Shown piece by piece: positions 53,637-54,245 of a stretch of DNA of 54,245 nt. Source of the stretch: an uncultured Gammaproteobacteria bacterium. Lineage in GTDB: Bacteria; Patescibacteriota; Patescibacteriia; Magasanikbacterales; UBA922. The position numbers were made by a program, and so were the translations under genes. The first letter of the stretch is position 1; every line of letters begins with the position of its first letter. Under the pieces are notes generated by a model. It had not been told where the DNA came from. It saw nothing but the letters and a program-made list of their open reading frames with translations, and did no database searches. The DNA is taken from contig CAZFTR010000007.1 of NCBI GenBank assembly GCA_964522405.1, positions 1 to 54,245 on the forward strand, in the 5' to 3' direction.

Positions 53637-53676
53637 ATCTAGTCTGACTAAAAATATCTTGTAAAAAGGCAAATAG

Positions 53677-53759
53677 TCTGGCGAACGAGGTTCGAACTCG
53701 TATGACGTGCCGTCAGTGATTTTGGAGATCACCGTGTCTACCAATTTCACCATCGCCAG
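53677..53759 (-). tRNA. Atypical class II tRNA: Leu-type body (3-bp D stem, AAAUUGGUAGA D loop, 14-nt variable arm, A73) with anticodon CCA
   Basis: Hand fold. Acceptor CUGGCGA/UCGCCAG. Anticodon stem GUGAU/AUCAC with loop CUCCAAA. Variable arm UGACG-gca-CGUCA-U. T arm ACGAG-UUCGAAC-CUCGU. No encoded CCA. Confidence 0.75.
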
Positions 53760-53800
53760 TTCTAATTGCCCTTTTACAGAATATTTTAATATTGTAGATA

Positions 53801-53855
53801 CTAATTATTACCCAACATATTTTTAAATTCTAGAAATACACTGGGTAATAATTAG
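53801..53855. repeat. Perfect 14-bp inverted repeat with 27-nt spacer
   Basis: CTAATTATTACCCA (53801-53814) / TGGGTAATAATTAG (53842-53855). Confidence 0.6.
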
Positions 53856-53915
53856 GGAGTGAGCGAGATGCCACAAACTAATTTAAACAGCGGGTTAACC
53901 CCGCTGTTTGCCTTT

Positions 53916-54245
53916 CTATGGCAAATTTATAATTGAAGAATCCCTGTTTTTTAATGTTATTATTTTTGCATTGAGCACTTTACACATTTTATCTTCATAG
54001 CTATCTTTAACTATTGTTTTTAGCCCTTTTTGATTTAGATATTTTACGGCTATAGCATAAGCAAGCAAATCTGCAACCTGTGTTTCAATATCATAATTAT
54101 TTTTACTTACAAAACTTAAGGCAGTAACCATCTCTTTCATTTTTTTATGATTTATATCAAATTCTGGAATACCAGCAGATAAATAAGATATATATTGTTT
54201 ATAAAATGCTATATCTTTTTGACCGCCAGCTGATTCAATCAAAAT
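53916..54245 (-). CDS. DUF3800-like protein, 3' part (gene probably continues past the window edge)
   Basis: The ORF is open to the window end. The stretch ETQVADLLAYAIAVKY resembles the conserved QxADxxA segment of DUF3800. A hairpin AAACAGCGGG-ttaac-CCCGCTGTTT (53886-53910) lies just after the stop. Confidence 0.55.
   Translation of the reverse strand: MLIESAGGQKDIAFYKQYISYLSAGIPEFDINHKKMKEMVTALSFVSKNNYDIETQVADLLAYAIAVKYLNQKGLKTIVKDSYEDKMCKVLNAKIITLKNRDSSIINLP

Overview
This is a 54.2-kb window of a strongly AT-rich bacterial chromosome. Hand-counted 60-nt lines give about 27-35% G+C. It is densely packed with genes that read cleanly in the standard code.

Housekeeping backbone: msrB, a nucleoside deaminase, dus, a GT2 polyprenol-phosphate glycosyltransferase, purB-purA-folD, dnaX, cysS, pyrH, dnaG-rpoD, clpB, a TrmH-family methyltransferase, gltX, a LysE exporter, an M23 peptidase, tRNA-Gln(CUG) and a second, atypical tRNA.

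Accessory or lineage-specific content:
- a cobalamin-riboswitch-controlled operon of DUF4430/transcobalamin-like surface proteins plus a small permease
- a Ni-superoxide dismutase (sodN-sodX), peroxiredoxin and DsbA-like redox cluster
- giant LamG/metallophosphoesterase and BNR-repeat secreted proteins
- a VirD4/TraG-like ATPase and a SWIB-domain protein
- a GIY-YIG/DUF4357 nuclease bracketed by inverted repeats
- two copies of a ~140-bp palindromic MITE-like element

Gene content and style suggest a small-genome Patescibacteria/CPR-like organism; this is inference only.

The most striking signal is compositional. Six short (about 0.45-0.75 kb) high-GC islets sit in intergenic spacers of the AT-rich backbone. 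Each carries one small ORF I cannot recognise, with its own Shine-Dalgarno and a GC-rich 3' hairpin. One islet is bounded by 23/28-nt terminal inverted repeats, two by imperfect direct repeats, and three share an AT-rich promoter-like module.

Other second-look items:
- a Leu-type class II tRNA carrying a CCA (Trp) anticodon
- a giant gene split at a CAAAAAG-TGA site in the -1 frame
- a 33-nt motif shared upstream of dnaG and (ancestrally) dus
- a lysine-rich N-terminal extension on RpoD
- a tRNA whose 3' end lies 2 nt from the next start codon

I saw no rRNA, CRISPR array, integrase or transposase gene.
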